Source: Puia sp.
Lineage (GTDB): Bacteria; Bacteroidota; Bacteroidia; Chitinophagales; Chitinophagaceae
DNA length: 64,000 nucleotides
Direction: 5' to 3'
Assembly (NCBI GenBank): GCA_035492545.1
Contig: DATJJD010000146.1
Location: 26,866 to 90,865, forward strand
Position numbers and translations under genes: made by a program. Below, piece by piece: positions 15,922-26,080 of this stretch. Below the pieces are notes generated by a model, which was given only the letters and a program-made list of their open reading frames with translations, did no database searches and was not told where the DNA came from. Numbering within the stretch: position 1 is the stretch's first letter; each line of letters starts with the position of its first letter.

Positions 15922-17604
15922 TTACACTTGGATCACACCGGTCTTAAATTCCGGAAGTTCGGTATTGTGCGCTGCGGCCTGCAGCCCTTCTGCAATCACC
16001 TTCCGGGTTTCTGTAGGGTCGATGATTGCGTCTACCCATAGACGCGCGGCCGCGTAATAAGGAGTTGTTTGTTTTTCATAACGCCCCTTGATCTCATCCA
16101 GCAGCTTTTTTTCGGCGGCCGGGTCGATGATCTCTCCCTTGTTCTTCAGGGCGCTGACCTGTATCTGTAAAAGTGTTTTTGCTGCCTGCTCGCCTCCCAT
16201 GACGGCGATCCTGGCCGTGGGCCATGCGTAAATAAACCGGGGATCATAAGCCTTCCCGCACATCGCATAGTTGCCGGCGCCATAGGAGTTGCCGATGATG
16301 ATCGTGATCTTGGGCACCACCGAATTGGCAACGGCATTCACCATTTTAGCCCCATCCTTGATAATGCCCGAATGCTCGCTGCGGGAGCCTACCATGAACC
16401 CGGTGACATCCTGGAGGAAGATGAGAGGGATCTTTTTCTGGTTGCAGTTCATGATAAACCGGGCCGCTTTGTCTGCACTGTCATTATAAATAACGCCGCC
16501 CATCTGCATTTCTCCTTTTTTGCTCTTTACGATCTTGCGCTGATTGGCGACAATGCCCACCGCCCAACCTTCAATGCGCGCATAACCACAGAGGATGGTC
16601 TTGCCATAGTCTTCTTTAAATTGTTCAAAGGCGGAGTCATCGACGATGCGGTGGATGATATCCAGCATGTCATAAGGTTTGGAAGGGTCTTCCGGCAGGA
16701 TGCCATGCAGTTCTTCCGTATTTTTAAGGGGTGGCGTCGGGGCTACCCGGCTGAACAGACCGGTGGGGCGATGTGCCGCCGCACCCGGACTCACCGGGCC
16801 GGCCCCTGCCGCAGAGGCGTCGGATCCTCCCAACTTGCTCATGATCTTTTTGACCTGGTCCAGGCATTCCTGTTCGGTCTTGAATTTATAGTCCGCGATG
16901 CCGGACACCTCGGTATGGGTGGCGGCCCCGCCCAGTGTCTCCGTATCGATGTCTTCCCCGATGGCGGCTTTTACCAGGTAAGGCCCTGCCAGGAAAATAG
17001 AGCCGTTGCCCTCTACCATCAGCGTCTCATCGCTCATGATCGGCAGGTAGGCCCCGCCGGCTACACAGGCTCCCATGACAGCGGCGATCTGGCTGATTCC
17101 CATGGCGCTCATACGGGCATTGTTGCGGAAGATGCGGCCAAAATGCTCCTTGTCCGGAAAGATCTCGTCCTGCATAGGCAAAAAGACACCGGCGCTATCC
17201 ACCAGGTAGATGACCGGCAAATGGTTCTCCATAGCAATCTCCTGCATACGCAGGTTCTTTTTTCCCGTGATGGGAAACCATGCTCCGGCTTTAACCGTCT
17301 GGTCGTTCGCTACAATTATACATTGCCGGTGGCTTACATAGCCAATCCCGGCAACCGTGCCCCCGGCCGGACATCCGCCCTGTTCTTCATACATTTCATA
17401 CCCGGCAAAAGCTCCTATTTCGATGAAAGAACTGCCTTCGTCGATGAGGTAGTCAATACGCTCTCTGGCGGTGAGCTTGTTCTTCTCCCGTTGCTTCTCG
17501 ATTGCCTTTTTCCCACCCCCCAGCGCGATTTTATCCAGCCGGGTCCTCATCTGGCTGAGGGACCTCTTCATAGCGTCCTCATTCTTGTTAAAGTCTATAT
17601 TCAT
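15922..17604 (-). CDS. Acyl-CoA carboxylase carboxyltransferase subunit beta (methylcrotonyl-CoA carboxylase-like)
   Basis: LTARERID, ANDQTVKAG, VDSAGVFLPMQDEIF, CVAGGAY, QDVTGFMVG, GNSYGAGNYAMCG. Start set at ATG 17604. Confidence 0.92.
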   Translation of the reverse strand: MNIDFNKNEDAMKRSLSQMRTRLDKIALGGGKKAIEKQREKNKLTARERIDYLIDEGSSFIEIGAFAGYEMYEEQGGCPAGGTVAGIGYVSHRQCIIVANDQTVKAGAWFPITGKKNLRMQEIAMENHLPVIYLVDSAGVFLPMQDEIFPDKEHFGRIFRNNARMSAMGISQIAAVMGACVAGGAYLPIMSDETLMVEGNGSIFLAGPYLVKAAIGEDIDTETLGGAATHTEVSGIADYKFKTEQECLDQVKKIMSKLGGSDASAAGAGPVSPGAAAHRPTGLFSRVAPTPPLKNTEELHGILPEDPSKPYDMLDIIHRIVDDSAFEQFKEDYGKTILCGYARIEGWAVGIVANQRKIVKSKKGEMQMGGVIYNDSADKAARFIMNCNQKKIPLIFLQDVTGFMVGSRSEHSGIIKDGAKMVNAVANSVVPKITIIIGNSYGAGNYAMCGKAYDPRFIYAWPTARIAVMGGEQAAKTLLQIQVSALKNKGEIIDPAAEKKLLDEIKGRYEKQTTPYYAAARLWVDAIIDPTETRKVIAEGLQAAAHNTELPEFKTGVIQV

Positions 17605-17670
17605 GGGCATGCAATTATTACCGGTGCAATTTAACATGGATGATCTGATATTTGGAGTATTTTTAAAGCT

Positions 17671-18843
17671 ATGTTCGGTAAAACCAAGTATGTGGTACAA
17701 AAAATTTTGGCCAAATGTAATTTTTTGTACCAAAACCATAATGTCTGCGCAATTGCGCGAACCGGACGAGGTCCGGTTATAGTTTGGATCAGCCTGGTAA
17801 TTCTGGCCGCGGGGATCAAGATCTTTTCCTTTTTTCCCGGGGCGGTTGAAAAATATTATGCTATGGGCCTATATCCGCTGATCGCCCGTTTGCAACGTCT
17901 GTTGTTCGGATGGCTGCCCTTTAGTATCGGCGATCTTGTTTACGGAGGCCTTATCATCTGGCTGATCGTTGGCCTGGTGCTCCTGATCCGCCAGTTGGTG
18001 AGAAGGGAATTGAATGGGCGCTGGCTGCTTGGCCGGCTCCGCGGCGTCCTCTTTGTCTGTCTCCTCGTCTACGTGCTCTTCAATGGGTTATGGGGGCTTA
18101 ATTACGATCGGCTTGGCATAGCCGAACAGCTTCAGCTAAAGGTAGAACCCTACTCCACGGAGGAGCTGACGGAACTGCTGCGGGGCATTACCGGCCGCCT
18201 CAATGCTTTGGACAGTGCCGCCAGGCTGACCAGGTCCCCCCTTGCTCACCCCTCGACCGTATTCAAAGGAGCTGTCGGTTCCTATTCTGATCTATCGGCC
18301 CGCGACATCCGCTTCACCTATACCTCCACCTCCGTCAAATCTTCCTTGTTCGCTTTCGTGGACAATTACCTGGGATTTGGCGGCTACTACAATCCTTTTA
18401 CGGGCGAGGCCCAGGTAAATACGGCAGTCCCCGTTTTTACGCAACCCTTTACCACCTGCCATGAAATGGCGCACCAGCTGGGCTACGCCAAGGAAAATGA
18501 AGCCAACTTTGTGGGTTATCTGGCTGCCAGATCGTCTCCCGATGCGGCCTTTCGCTATTCCGTTTACTTCGATCTGTATTTATATGCGGCCCGGGAATTG
18601 TATATGCAGGATTCCAACCTGGTGAGACCTTTCCGGGAACACCTGAGACCGGGCATCCGACAGGATTACCGGGAATTGCAGGCCTTTAACAGGAAATTCG
18701 AGAACCCTTTCGAGCCCGTGGTCCGGCGGCTGTACGGGAATTACCTGAAGGCCAACCACCAACCCCAGGGAATAAAGACTTATAATGAAGTCGTCGCCTG
18801 GCTGATCGCCTATGCGAAGAAGAATGGGTGGGAAGCCCTCTAA
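17671..18843 (+). CDS. DUF3810 family membrane protein (HExxH zincin-like); start codon uncertain
   Basis: N-terminal TM segments (PFSIGDLVY, LWGLNYDR), YNPFTGEAQVN, CHEMAHQLGYAKENEANF. Confidence 0.8.
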   Translation: MFGKTKYVVQKILAKCNFLYQNHNVCAIARTGRGPVIVWISLVILAAGIKIFSFFPGAVEKYYAMGLYPLIARLQRLLFGWLPFSIGDLVYGGLIIWLIVGLVLLIRQLVRRELNGRWLLGRLRGVLFVCLLVYVLFNGLWGLNYDRLGIAEQLQLKVEPYSTEELTELLRGITGRLNALDSAARLTRSPLAHPSTVFKGAVGSYSDLSARDIRFTYTSTSVKSSLFAFVDNYLGFGGYYNPFTGEAQVNTAVPVFTQPFTTCHEMAHQLGYAKENEANFVGYLAARSSPDAAFRYSVYFDLYLYAARELYMQDSNLVRPFREHLRPGIRQDYRELQAFNRKFENPFEPVVRRLYGNYLKANHQPQGIKTYNEVVAWLIAYAKKNGWEAL

Positions 18844-18876
18844 CACCCGCCAATGGCTTCCGCCCGGGCTTGGATA

Positions 18877-19413
18877 TCAGAACTTATTCTTCCACATCAT
18901 ACTTTCGACGGGCTTATTGATCTGGCCGCTGTATTTGGCGTCCTTTTTCTGGTTATAGCTGACCAGTATCTCTCCCTCCACCGGGAAATAGATCAGCTGC
19001 CCTATGGGCATGCCTTTATAGATCCTTACCGGCTGTTTGACGGAGATCTCCAGGGTCCAGTTACCGCAAAACCCCACATCCCCCTTGCCGGCGGTGGCAT
19101 GGATGTCGATGCCCAGGCGGCCTGTAGAGGATTTCCCCTCCAGGAAGGGGACATGCGCATGTGTCTCCGTGTATTCATCCGTGACCCCCAGGTAAAAAAT
19201 ATGGGGGTATAATACAAAACCTTCCTCCGGGATCTCGAAATACTCTATTTCATTATGTTTTTTGGCATCCAGGATGTGCTCACGGTAAGTAGCCAGCCAT
19301 TTTCCCAGGTGTACATCGTAAGAATTACTACCCAGACAACTGCGATCATAGGGCTCGATCTTGATCGTTCCTTTCTCTATCTCTTCCAGAATACGTGCAT
19401 CGGATAGGATCAT
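18877..19413 (-). CDS. dcd: dCTP deaminase
   Basis: MILSD..I, NSYDVHLG, EGKSSTGRLG, GDVGFCG..TLE, PIGQL. Start set at ATG 19413. Confidence 0.92.
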   Translation of the reverse strand: MILSDARILEEIEKGTIKIEPYDRSCLGSNSYDVHLGKWLATYREHILDAKKHNEIEYFEIPEEGFVLYPHIFYLGVTDEYTETHAHVPFLEGKSSTGRLGIDIHATAGKGDVGFCGNWTLEISVKQPVRIYKGMPIGQLIYFPVEGEILVSYNQKKDAKYSGQINKPVESMMWKNKF

Positions 19414-19577
19414 GATGAAATTGGTTAAGTTTGCGGATTGAATTGTATTCCAGTAAAGGATCAGTCGAAAAGTATCCTTAACTGGAATACGCATAATTTT
19501 TGTGAACTTCGGCCTATGGGCCTTGTTCACGGCCGGATTTCATCCGGTTGTGCAAATGTGCCTTTATAATTTTAAAG

Positions 19578-20267
19578 ATGCCCCTGTTTTATCAACATAA
19601 TATCAACCAGGGAACGAAATTAGGGATTTGGCAGATTGACGAGCCGGAATCCTTCTTCCTGGAAAAAGTGCCTTTGAAAAGAGATGTGTCGCATCCCTTC
19701 AAGCGTTTGCAGCATCTGGCGGGCCGTTACCTGCTGTCCTTTCTTTTTCCCGATTTCCCCCTGGAGGAGATCCGGATAGCCGATACCCGTCAGCCTTTCC
19801 TGGAAAGTGAAAAGTATCATTTTTCCATCTCGCATTGCGGCCGGTACGCAGCTGCTATCGTCAGCCGCACCCGCAGGGTAGGGGTGGACATCGAATTGAT
19901 CACCCCCCGTATCGAAACGGTGGCGCCAAAATTCCTCAGCGAGGAAGAGTCCCATTTTTTCAACGAGGACTATACCCTTTTCCTGGAGCAATGGGGCTTA
20001 CGGGGTCGGGTACACCAGGAATTTCTCACCCTGATATGGAGTTCCAAGGAAGCCCTTTTCAAATGGTATGGCCAGGGAGAGCTGGATTTTAAGAAACATA
20101 TGCAGCTGGAAGGTAATATCAATATGGAGGGGGAAAGTATAAAACTGCCTTTTGCCTTTAACAAAGGTAAAAAGATGCATCTGGGCATTGAAGCCAGGAC
20201 GTTTGAAGAGCAGGCGCTGGTGCTGGCCTTTATCACCACGGGTGGCAGGTTCCGGACGCCGGAATGA
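19578..20267 (+). CDS. 4'-phosphopantetheinyl transferase superfamily protein
   Basis: FSISH, VGVDIE and WSSKEALFK motifs. Confidence 0.88.
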   Translation: MPLFYQHNINQGTKLGIWQIDEPESFFLEKVPLKRDVSHPFKRLQHLAGRYLLSFLFPDFPLEEIRIADTRQPFLESEKYHFSISHCGRYAAAIVSRTRRVGVDIELITPRIETVAPKFLSEEESHFFNEDYTLFLEQWGLRGRVHQEFLTLIWSSKEALFKWYGQGELDFKKHMQLEGNINMEGESIKLPFAFNKGKKMHLGIEARTFEEQALVLAFITTGGRFRTPE

Positions 20268-20330
20268 GGGCTGGCCTGGCGTTTGTCCAGGGGTGCAACC
20301 TGGCCGGCTCTGAAGGGGTCCCCGCGTCCC

Positions 20331-21605
20331 CTAATCCAATGCCAGGTCCTCCTCTCCATCTTCCAGAAGGTTGACGTCGATCGCATCCTTCCCGGCGATG
20401 CCTTCGATGGACCCACGGACATGGGCGGCATTCAACAGGACTTTCTCCAGCTGTTTCTCCCGGGACTTCCAAAGTTTTTCCATGGTGTCCCGTTCCTTCT
20501 GAATGGATTGCTTCATGGATAGGAATCCCTCCCGGATGGCCTTCCACTGTTCGCTAAACTCCGTGCTGGTGAGATAGTCATAGAGGAGGTGCATCTTATC
20601 TCCCTTATTCTCCTGGGATTTCGAGGCGGAAAAGACCCGGATGACCCCGTCCCGCAAGACATGGGAAAGGGCTTTCACTTCGGAGAAGCTGCAGATCCAC
20701 ACGCCGTTCTTTTCCCCGAAACAGTTCATATCCTTCGGCATGGCCTGGGTGACAATAACCGCAATTACGGCTCCCTGGCTGCGCATATCAGATTTTAGCT
20801 TCTCGATCCAATCCTGGGCGAAATCCCGGGTGCGCTTACTCTCATAGATGATCTTACCACATTCCTGGCCGAAATTATTCCGGACGGTCTGGATACAATC
20901 CGCCCCCCGGACACCTTTGCCCACTTCGCTGATCTCGTCAAAGGGAAAGCTGGCCCGCAACAACTCCTCCAGGGCCAGTTCCTGCACTTCGCCCTGCAAC
21001 TGCATGGAACCCTGTTCCGCCTTTCTTCTCATCTCCTCGGCCAGCTTCTTCTGATCATCCAGTTGTTTTTCCAGCTCTTTCAGCCGCAACTGATACTCCG
21101 TTTCCCTGGTAGCGACTTTTTGTTCTTCCAGCTCCCGGATCTCTTTGGACAGTTTGCCCCGCTCCTCCTGTAACTGGCGCTGAACGGACAACTCCAATTC
21201 CGACTCCCTGTTCTTCAGCTCCTGCTCTTTTTTCAGGAATTCCAGTTCTTTCTGCCGGGAAGTCCGCAGCTTCTCTTCGTTGTCCTTATTCGCCTCTTCC
21301 AGCATCTTCAGTTTATTCTCGAAGTCCGTGGCGATGGATTTGCGGATATTTTGTTCCGTTACCTGTTGCCAGCGCTGCTTTTCCTCGCTGAGACGTTGGG
21401 TGAAGCCCGCCTCCAGCTTTTGCGCCGACTGTTGCCATTCCGCCTCTTTACGGGCGAATTCTTCCTGTTTCTTCTGCAGCTCTTTCTCTTTTTCTTTTTT
21501 GAAGGCCACCATCTGCTCTCTGAGCTCCTTTTTATATTCCTCCGAGACAGCCTCTTCCATAGGGAAAAGATGGCCGCAATTCGGACATTTTATTTCTGTT
21601 GCCAT
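20331..21605 (-). CDS. DUF2130 domain-containing protein
   Basis: N-terminal IKCPNCG, long coiled coil, then QGEVQELALE, GKGVRGAD and IIYESKRT. Confidence 0.85.
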   Translation of the reverse strand: MATEIKCPNCGHLFPMEEAVSEEYKKELREQMVAFKKEKEKELQKKQEEFARKEAEWQQSAQKLEAGFTQRLSEEKQRWQQVTEQNIRKSIATDFENKLKMLEEANKDNEEKLRTSRQKELEFLKKEQELKNRESELELSVQRQLQEERGKLSKEIRELEEQKVATRETEYQLRLKELEKQLDDQKKLAEEMRRKAEQGSMQLQGEVQELALEELLRASFPFDEISEVGKGVRGADCIQTVRNNFGQECGKIIYESKRTRDFAQDWIEKLKSDMRSQGAVIAVIVTQAMPKDMNCFGEKNGVWICSFSEVKALSHVLRDGVIRVFSASKSQENKGDKMHLLYDYLTSTEFSEQWKAIREGFLSMKQSIQKERDTMEKLWKSREKQLEKVLLNAAHVRGSIEGIAGKDAIDVNLLEDGEEDLALD

Positions 21606-21751
21606 CCGCCGGTTTTTTGGGCAAGTTAGCAATAATCAGCATAATCAATTCTTCCCTACCACTTTTCGGGTATTGACAAGATGGAATAGTTTTTGGAGCT
21701 TTAGCTTCTTGCCCTCCCGACCGACCTGATAACTCTCTAAAAAAATCAATC

Positions 21752-23305
21752 ATGAAAAAAGCTAAGGTTGCCGCCGGCGCGTATGTAAAACTCACCGGCA
21801 GTACAAAGGCCAGCCCCGCGGCCATCGCGATCGACACCCTGAACCCCAACGATACCGCCTCCATCACCATCCGGGTGAGAAGACAGAAAAGTATCGACAA
21901 GGCTCTGGAAAAAGGACAGCGCATCACCCGGGAGGAATATGCCGCCCAGTATGGAGCCTCGGATCAGGACATCGCCCAGGTAGAAACTTTTGCGGCCGCT
22001 CATCATCTTGCCGTCGTGGAAAGCGACAAGGGCCGGAGGAGCATCGTCCTGAAAGGCCGCATCAGCGATCTGGAAAAGGCATTCCAGGTACACCTCACCC
22101 ATTATAAAGATGATAAAGGCGTCATCTTCAGGGGCCGGACAGGCGACATCTGTATACCTTCCGAACTGGATGGAGTTATTGAAGGAGTCTTTGGCTTGGA
22201 TAACAGACCCCATGTACAACCCCATTTCCAGGTGGCCAAGCAAGAGAATGGTTTGTTCCTCGCCCATGCCAGCAGCGCCGGCTTCAACCCCAACGATCTG
22301 AATACGATTTATAACTTCCCCAAAAATGTCACGGGAAAGAACCAGTGTATCGCTATCATAGAGTTGGGAGGAGGATACCGCAATGCGGATCTTCAAACTT
22401 ATTTTTCGGGGCTTGGCATCGCCATGCCGCTGGTAAAAGCGGTCAGTGTGGACGGGGCCTCCAATAGCCCGACCAACGCTAATAGTGCAGACGGAGAAGT
22501 GATGCTGGATATCGAGGTGGCGGGCGCTGTGGCGCCGGACGCCAGCATCGTGGTTTATTTTGCACCCAATACCGATCAGGGATTCCTGGATGCCATCACC
22601 CAGGCCATTCATGACACCAAGAACCAGCCCTCCGTTATCAGCATTAGCTGGGGTGCGGCGGAATCGGCCTGGACCGACCAGTCCCTCACCAACTTTAACG
22701 AGGCCTTTAAGGCTGCCAGTCTTTTAGGGGTGACGGTCTGCGCCGCGGCTGGCGACTCCGGCAGCGATGACAGTGTAGGCGATGGCAAAGTGCACGTCGA
22801 TTTTCCAGCCAGCAGCCCTTATGTACTGGCCTGTGGAGGGACCAAACTGATGACCAGCGGAACCAAGATCACCAGCGAGACGGTATGGCATGAATCGGCC
22901 ACTTCCGCAACAGGTGGCGGTGTAAGCAATTTCTTCCCCATACCCGACTATCAGGCAAAGGCCAAAGTACCGTTGTCCATTGATACGAAGTTTAAAGGAC
23001 GGGGCGTTCCCGATGTGGCGGGGAATGCGGATCCGCAAACAGGCTATAAAGTGCGGGTGGATGGCCAGAATATGGTGATTGGCGGCACCAGCGCCGTGGC
23101 TCCGTTGATGGCAGGTCTCATCGCCCTGGTCAATGAGAAGAATGGTAAATCGGCAGGGTTTATCAATCCTCAGATTTATGGCGCCACAGGCAGTTGCCGG
23201 GATATTATAAAAGGCGACAATATAACTACTTCTACCAACAAAGGATATAAGGCAGGAAAAGGATGGGATGCCTGTACGGGCCTGGGAGTATTGAGTAAAT
23301 TATAG
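21752..23305 (+). CDS. S53 family serine peptidase (kumamolisin/sedolisin-like) with prodomain
   Basis: Catalytic ADGEVMLD, oxyanion GDSG, GVPDVAGNAD, GGTSAVAP, and calcium site GWDACTGLG. Confidence 0.93.
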   Translation: MKKAKVAAGAYVKLTGSTKASPAAIAIDTLNPNDTASITIRVRRQKSIDKALEKGQRITREEYAAQYGASDQDIAQVETFAAAHHLAVVESDKGRRSIVLKGRISDLEKAFQVHLTHYKDDKGVIFRGRTGDICIPSELDGVIEGVFGLDNRPHVQPHFQVAKQENGLFLAHASSAGFNPNDLNTIYNFPKNVTGKNQCIAIIELGGGYRNADLQTYFSGLGIAMPLVKAVSVDGASNSPTNANSADGEVMLDIEVAGAVAPDASIVVYFAPNTDQGFLDAITQAIHDTKNQPSVISISWGAAESAWTDQSLTNFNEAFKAASLLGVTVCAAAGDSGSDDSVGDGKVHVDFPASSPYVLACGGTKLMTSGTKITSETVWHESATSATGGGVSNFFPIPDYQAKAKVPLSIDTKFKGRGVPDVAGNADPQTGYKVRVDGQNMVIGGTSAVAPLMAGLIALVNEKNGKSAGFINPQIYGATGSCRDIIKGDNITTSTNKGYKAGKGWDACTGLGVLSKL

Positions 23306-24166
23306 CTGATGCTCCTTCAGATAATGTTGCGGGCTTTTGCCCGTAATGAACTTGAAATTTTTGTGGAAACAGGTAAAATTGTTGAACCCGCTCTCATAAC
23401 AGCATTGTTTGATGCTGATCCGGTTATCGATGAGTAGTTTGCAGGCATGGCCTACCCGTATTTCCGTCAGGAATTGCGTGTAGGTCTTGCCTGTCCTGGA
23501 TTTAAAATACCGGCAGAAAGAATTGGGCACCAGGCCTGCGACGGCAGCTACCTGGTCCAGGTAGATCTTCTGGGAGAAATGCCGGAAGGTATAGTCATAG
23601 ATAGCATTGATACGGTCATTCTCCATCTCTGAGAAATCATGCCGGAAGCCGATGGACGAGAGCAGATGCGGGTCGGCGGCCGCTGCGAAAGCAGAAAGAC
23701 ATTCGATTAAGGCAACGATCCGCTGCACTCCTTCTGACAAGCGGATCTTTTCTACTCCTTCTTCTACTTTCCGCTCTTCCCTGGCCTGGACCAGGATCCC
23801 CCGGCGGGCCTTCTCCAGGAGATTTTTCAGGGGTTTGGTCTCCGGTAATTCCAGGAAAAGGTCTCCCCAGAAATTTTCCGAGAAATGGATAACGGTGGAA
23901 TGAACGGACAGGTCTTTATCCCCTTTGAAATAGGCATCATCATATCGCCAGTAATGAGGCAGGTTGGAGCCAACCAAAATAATATCGCCGGCATGAAAGC
24001 GTTTGATATGATCGCCCACGAACTGTGTACCGCTGCCCTGGTGAAAATAGATCAGCTCCACTTCCGCATGGTAATGCCAGCGATTGTTAATGAACGGATC
24101 CCTGTCTTCCCGGACGCTGAAAGAATGCGCGGGCGTCTTTGGGACTTTTAACAATTTGGGCTTCAT
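23300..24166 (-). CDS. AraC family transcriptional regulator
   Basis: N-terminal cupin (WHYHAEVEL, VGSNLPH) and C-terminal double HTH (FCRYFK, CYESGFNN..CFHKNFK). Confidence 0.92.
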   Translation of the reverse strand: MKPKLLKVPKTPAHSFSVREDRDPFINNRWHYHAEVELIYFHQGSGTQFVGDHIKRFHAGDIILVGSNLPHYWRYDDAYFKGDKDLSVHSTVIHFSENFWGDLFLELPETKPLKNLLEKARRGILVQAREERKVEEGVEKIRLSEGVQRIVALIECLSAFAAAADPHLLSSIGFRHDFSEMENDRINAIYDYTFRHFSQKIYLDQVAAVAGLVPNSFCRYFKSRTGKTYTQFLTEIRVGHACKLLIDNRISIKQCCYESGFNNFTCFHKNFKFITGKSPQHYLKEHQL

Positions 24167-24239
24167 GTGCTGTAAAATTACAATGAATCGGAAAGTCATT
24201 CAAAATTTTTACCTTTACGGCGCTAAACATGAAATCACC

Positions 24240-25043
24240 GTGAACAAAGTTCTTCTTATCATCTCCGTGGTAGGCTTTACTGCTATGCTCTCCTGTCACC
24301 GTAATCCCATAACCGGCAGGAAACAGCTGACACTCGTATCCGAAAAAGAAGTGCAGTCGATGGCGCTGACGCAATATCAACATTTTCTGACAACCAATAA
24401 AGTAGTTCCCGTCAATGACAATAATGGCGAAATGGTAAAAAGGGTAGGCACCCGGATTGCGAATGCCATCAGCCGATACTATCAGAACCAGGGCCTGACC
24501 AATGCCCTGGATGGCTATAAATGGGAGTTCAACTTAGTAGAGAGCAAAGAGGTGAATGCATGGTGTATGCCCGGAGGAAAAGTGGTCGTTTATACCGGTC
24601 TCCTGCCCATTACTCAGAATGAGACGGCCCTGGCCATTGTATTGGGACATGAGATCACACATGCCGTGGCCGGTCATGGCAGGGAAAGGATGAGCCAGCA
24701 ATTACTGGCACAGGGCATACAGGTAGCCGGAGATGTGGCATTGGGCAGCAATCCGGCCACTGTCGGCATCTTCGACCAGGTGTATGCGCCGACGGCACAG
24801 GTGGCCGTTCTCCTGCCTTATTCCCGCAAACATGAATACGAAGCAGACCACTACGGACTTATTTTTGCCGCTATGGCCGGATATGACCCCCGCGAAGCCG
24901 TCCCTTTCTGGCAGCGAATGGCTGCCATGGGTGGTGCGAAACCTCCGGTCTTTCTCAGCGATCACCCTGCGGATGCCGATCGTATAAATAAATTGCAGGA
25001 GCTCATGCCGGAAGCATTAAAATACTATAAGCCCACCCCTTGA
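24240..25043 (+). CDS. M48 family metallopeptidase (lipoprotein)
   Basis: Lipobox AMLSC, NAWCMPGGK, GHEITH (HExxH), EYEAD, FLSDHP. GTG start at 24240 inferred. Confidence 0.9.
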   Translation: MNKVLLIISVVGFTAMLSCHRNPITGRKQLTLVSEKEVQSMALTQYQHFLTTNKVVPVNDNNGEMVKRVGTRIANAISRYYQNQGLTNALDGYKWEFNLVESKEVNAWCMPGGKVVVYTGLLPITQNETALAIVLGHEITHAVAGHGRERMSQQLLAQGIQVAGDVALGSNPATVGIFDQVYAPTAQVAVLLPYSRKHEYEADHYGLIFAAMAGYDPREAVPFWQRMAAMGGAKPPVFLSDHPADADRINKLQELMPEALKYYKPTP

Positions 25044-25073
25044 CATCGGTTTCCGGGAGCATGGCTACCAGGT

Positions 25074-25976
25074 CTACCCTTGCCATTGAAGAGCAAAATA
25101 TTCGCAGCGTTGATCACTCTTGTTCTCCAACGCATGGGGCACTCCTGATGGAAGGAAGATGAGGTCGCCTGCCGAAGCCTTATGATACTGTCCGCCGATA
25201 TATTCCTGTACATGGCCCGACCGCATCAGGATGATCTCTTCGGCCCGGTGTATATGCGGGGCATGGCTCACCTCACCCGGGTTCAGCGTGGTGGCATGCA
25301 TGTCTATCTTTCCCAGCCAGGCCAGGGACCGGCTAAAGATTTGCCGGCTCTCGCCTTTATCGGTCTTCTTCATCTCCATCTCTTTCCAGTCGAGGAGAAA
25401 GGGCGGACCGGCCTGCCGGGCCCGGCCCCTGTCCTCCGGCGACCGGGATTGGAAACGGAATAGATAATAAGTGACGGCGGCTGTGCTGGCATTGGTGAAT
25501 TGAGGCGAAGACCCGGCGGCAATCAGCGCCACTCCGCCTGCGTCCAATACTTTGGGCGATACCGGAGGATTATCTCCGGAGGAAGAGGGCAAGGTTACGG
25601 TGAGGCTGCCTTCTTTGACGATCACGAGGAGGTCGGCATTTGCAGCCTGGTCATTGGTGGGAGAGGACTTGCCATTATGGGAGGCCTGGCCACCGGGAGA
25701 GGGCCGGCCTTCGGCAGCCGTCGACTGCCCGGCGTCCAGGGTGAAGGCGCTGATATCCAACAGGGAAAGATCGCGGGTTGCTCCCCTCAGCACTTCCCTG
25801 CTGACGCCCTCCTTCTCTTTGCCGGATTTCAGGTGATGCCAGGTTACTACCCGGGCCGTCAGCGTATCAGGATCAGGATGAGGCTCATCCATGGAGCCGG
25901 CCTCATAGAGACTGGCCGGTCCCCGGTTTACAAAAGCCAAAGCTGCCAGGGCAACAAACAGGTAGATCATTTTCAT
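25074..25976 (-). CDS. Secreted bicupin-domain protein
   Basis: Signal peptide; C-terminal cupin HAPHIHRAEEII...PSGVPHAL; N-terminal cupin-like domain without the His motif. Confidence 0.78.
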   Translation of the reverse strand: MKMIYLFVALAALAFVNRGPASLYEAGSMDEPHPDPDTLTARVVTWHHLKSGKEKEGVSREVLRGATRDLSLLDISAFTLDAGQSTAAEGRPSPGGQASHNGKSSPTNDQAANADLLVIVKEGSLTVTLPSSSGDNPPVSPKVLDAGGVALIAAGSSPQFTNASTAAVTYYLFRFQSRSPEDRGRARQAGPPFLLDWKEMEMKKTDKGESRQIFSRSLAWLGKIDMHATTLNPGEVSHAPHIHRAEEIILMRSGHVQEYIGGQYHKASAGDLIFLPSGVPHALENKSDQRCEYFALQWQG

Positions 25977-26080
25977 ACCATAATTTACTTTTTTTTGGCC
26001 AAACCATTATAGGTTATAACCATCATCTATGCCCGGGCAACGTTTTGCATCAAACCGGTATCCTATACAAAACCCTTTTT

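Noticed and set aside
16372-17634. 420-aa plus-strand ORF, and the many similar overlapping ORFs in the track
   Set aside because: Antisense or alternate-frame shadows of well-supported genes, which is expected in GC-rich coding DNA.
26012-26021. GGTTATAACC palindrome between the cupin and DUF6252-like genes
   Set aside because: A single 10-bp palindrome with no supporting regulator or second copy is too weak to call.
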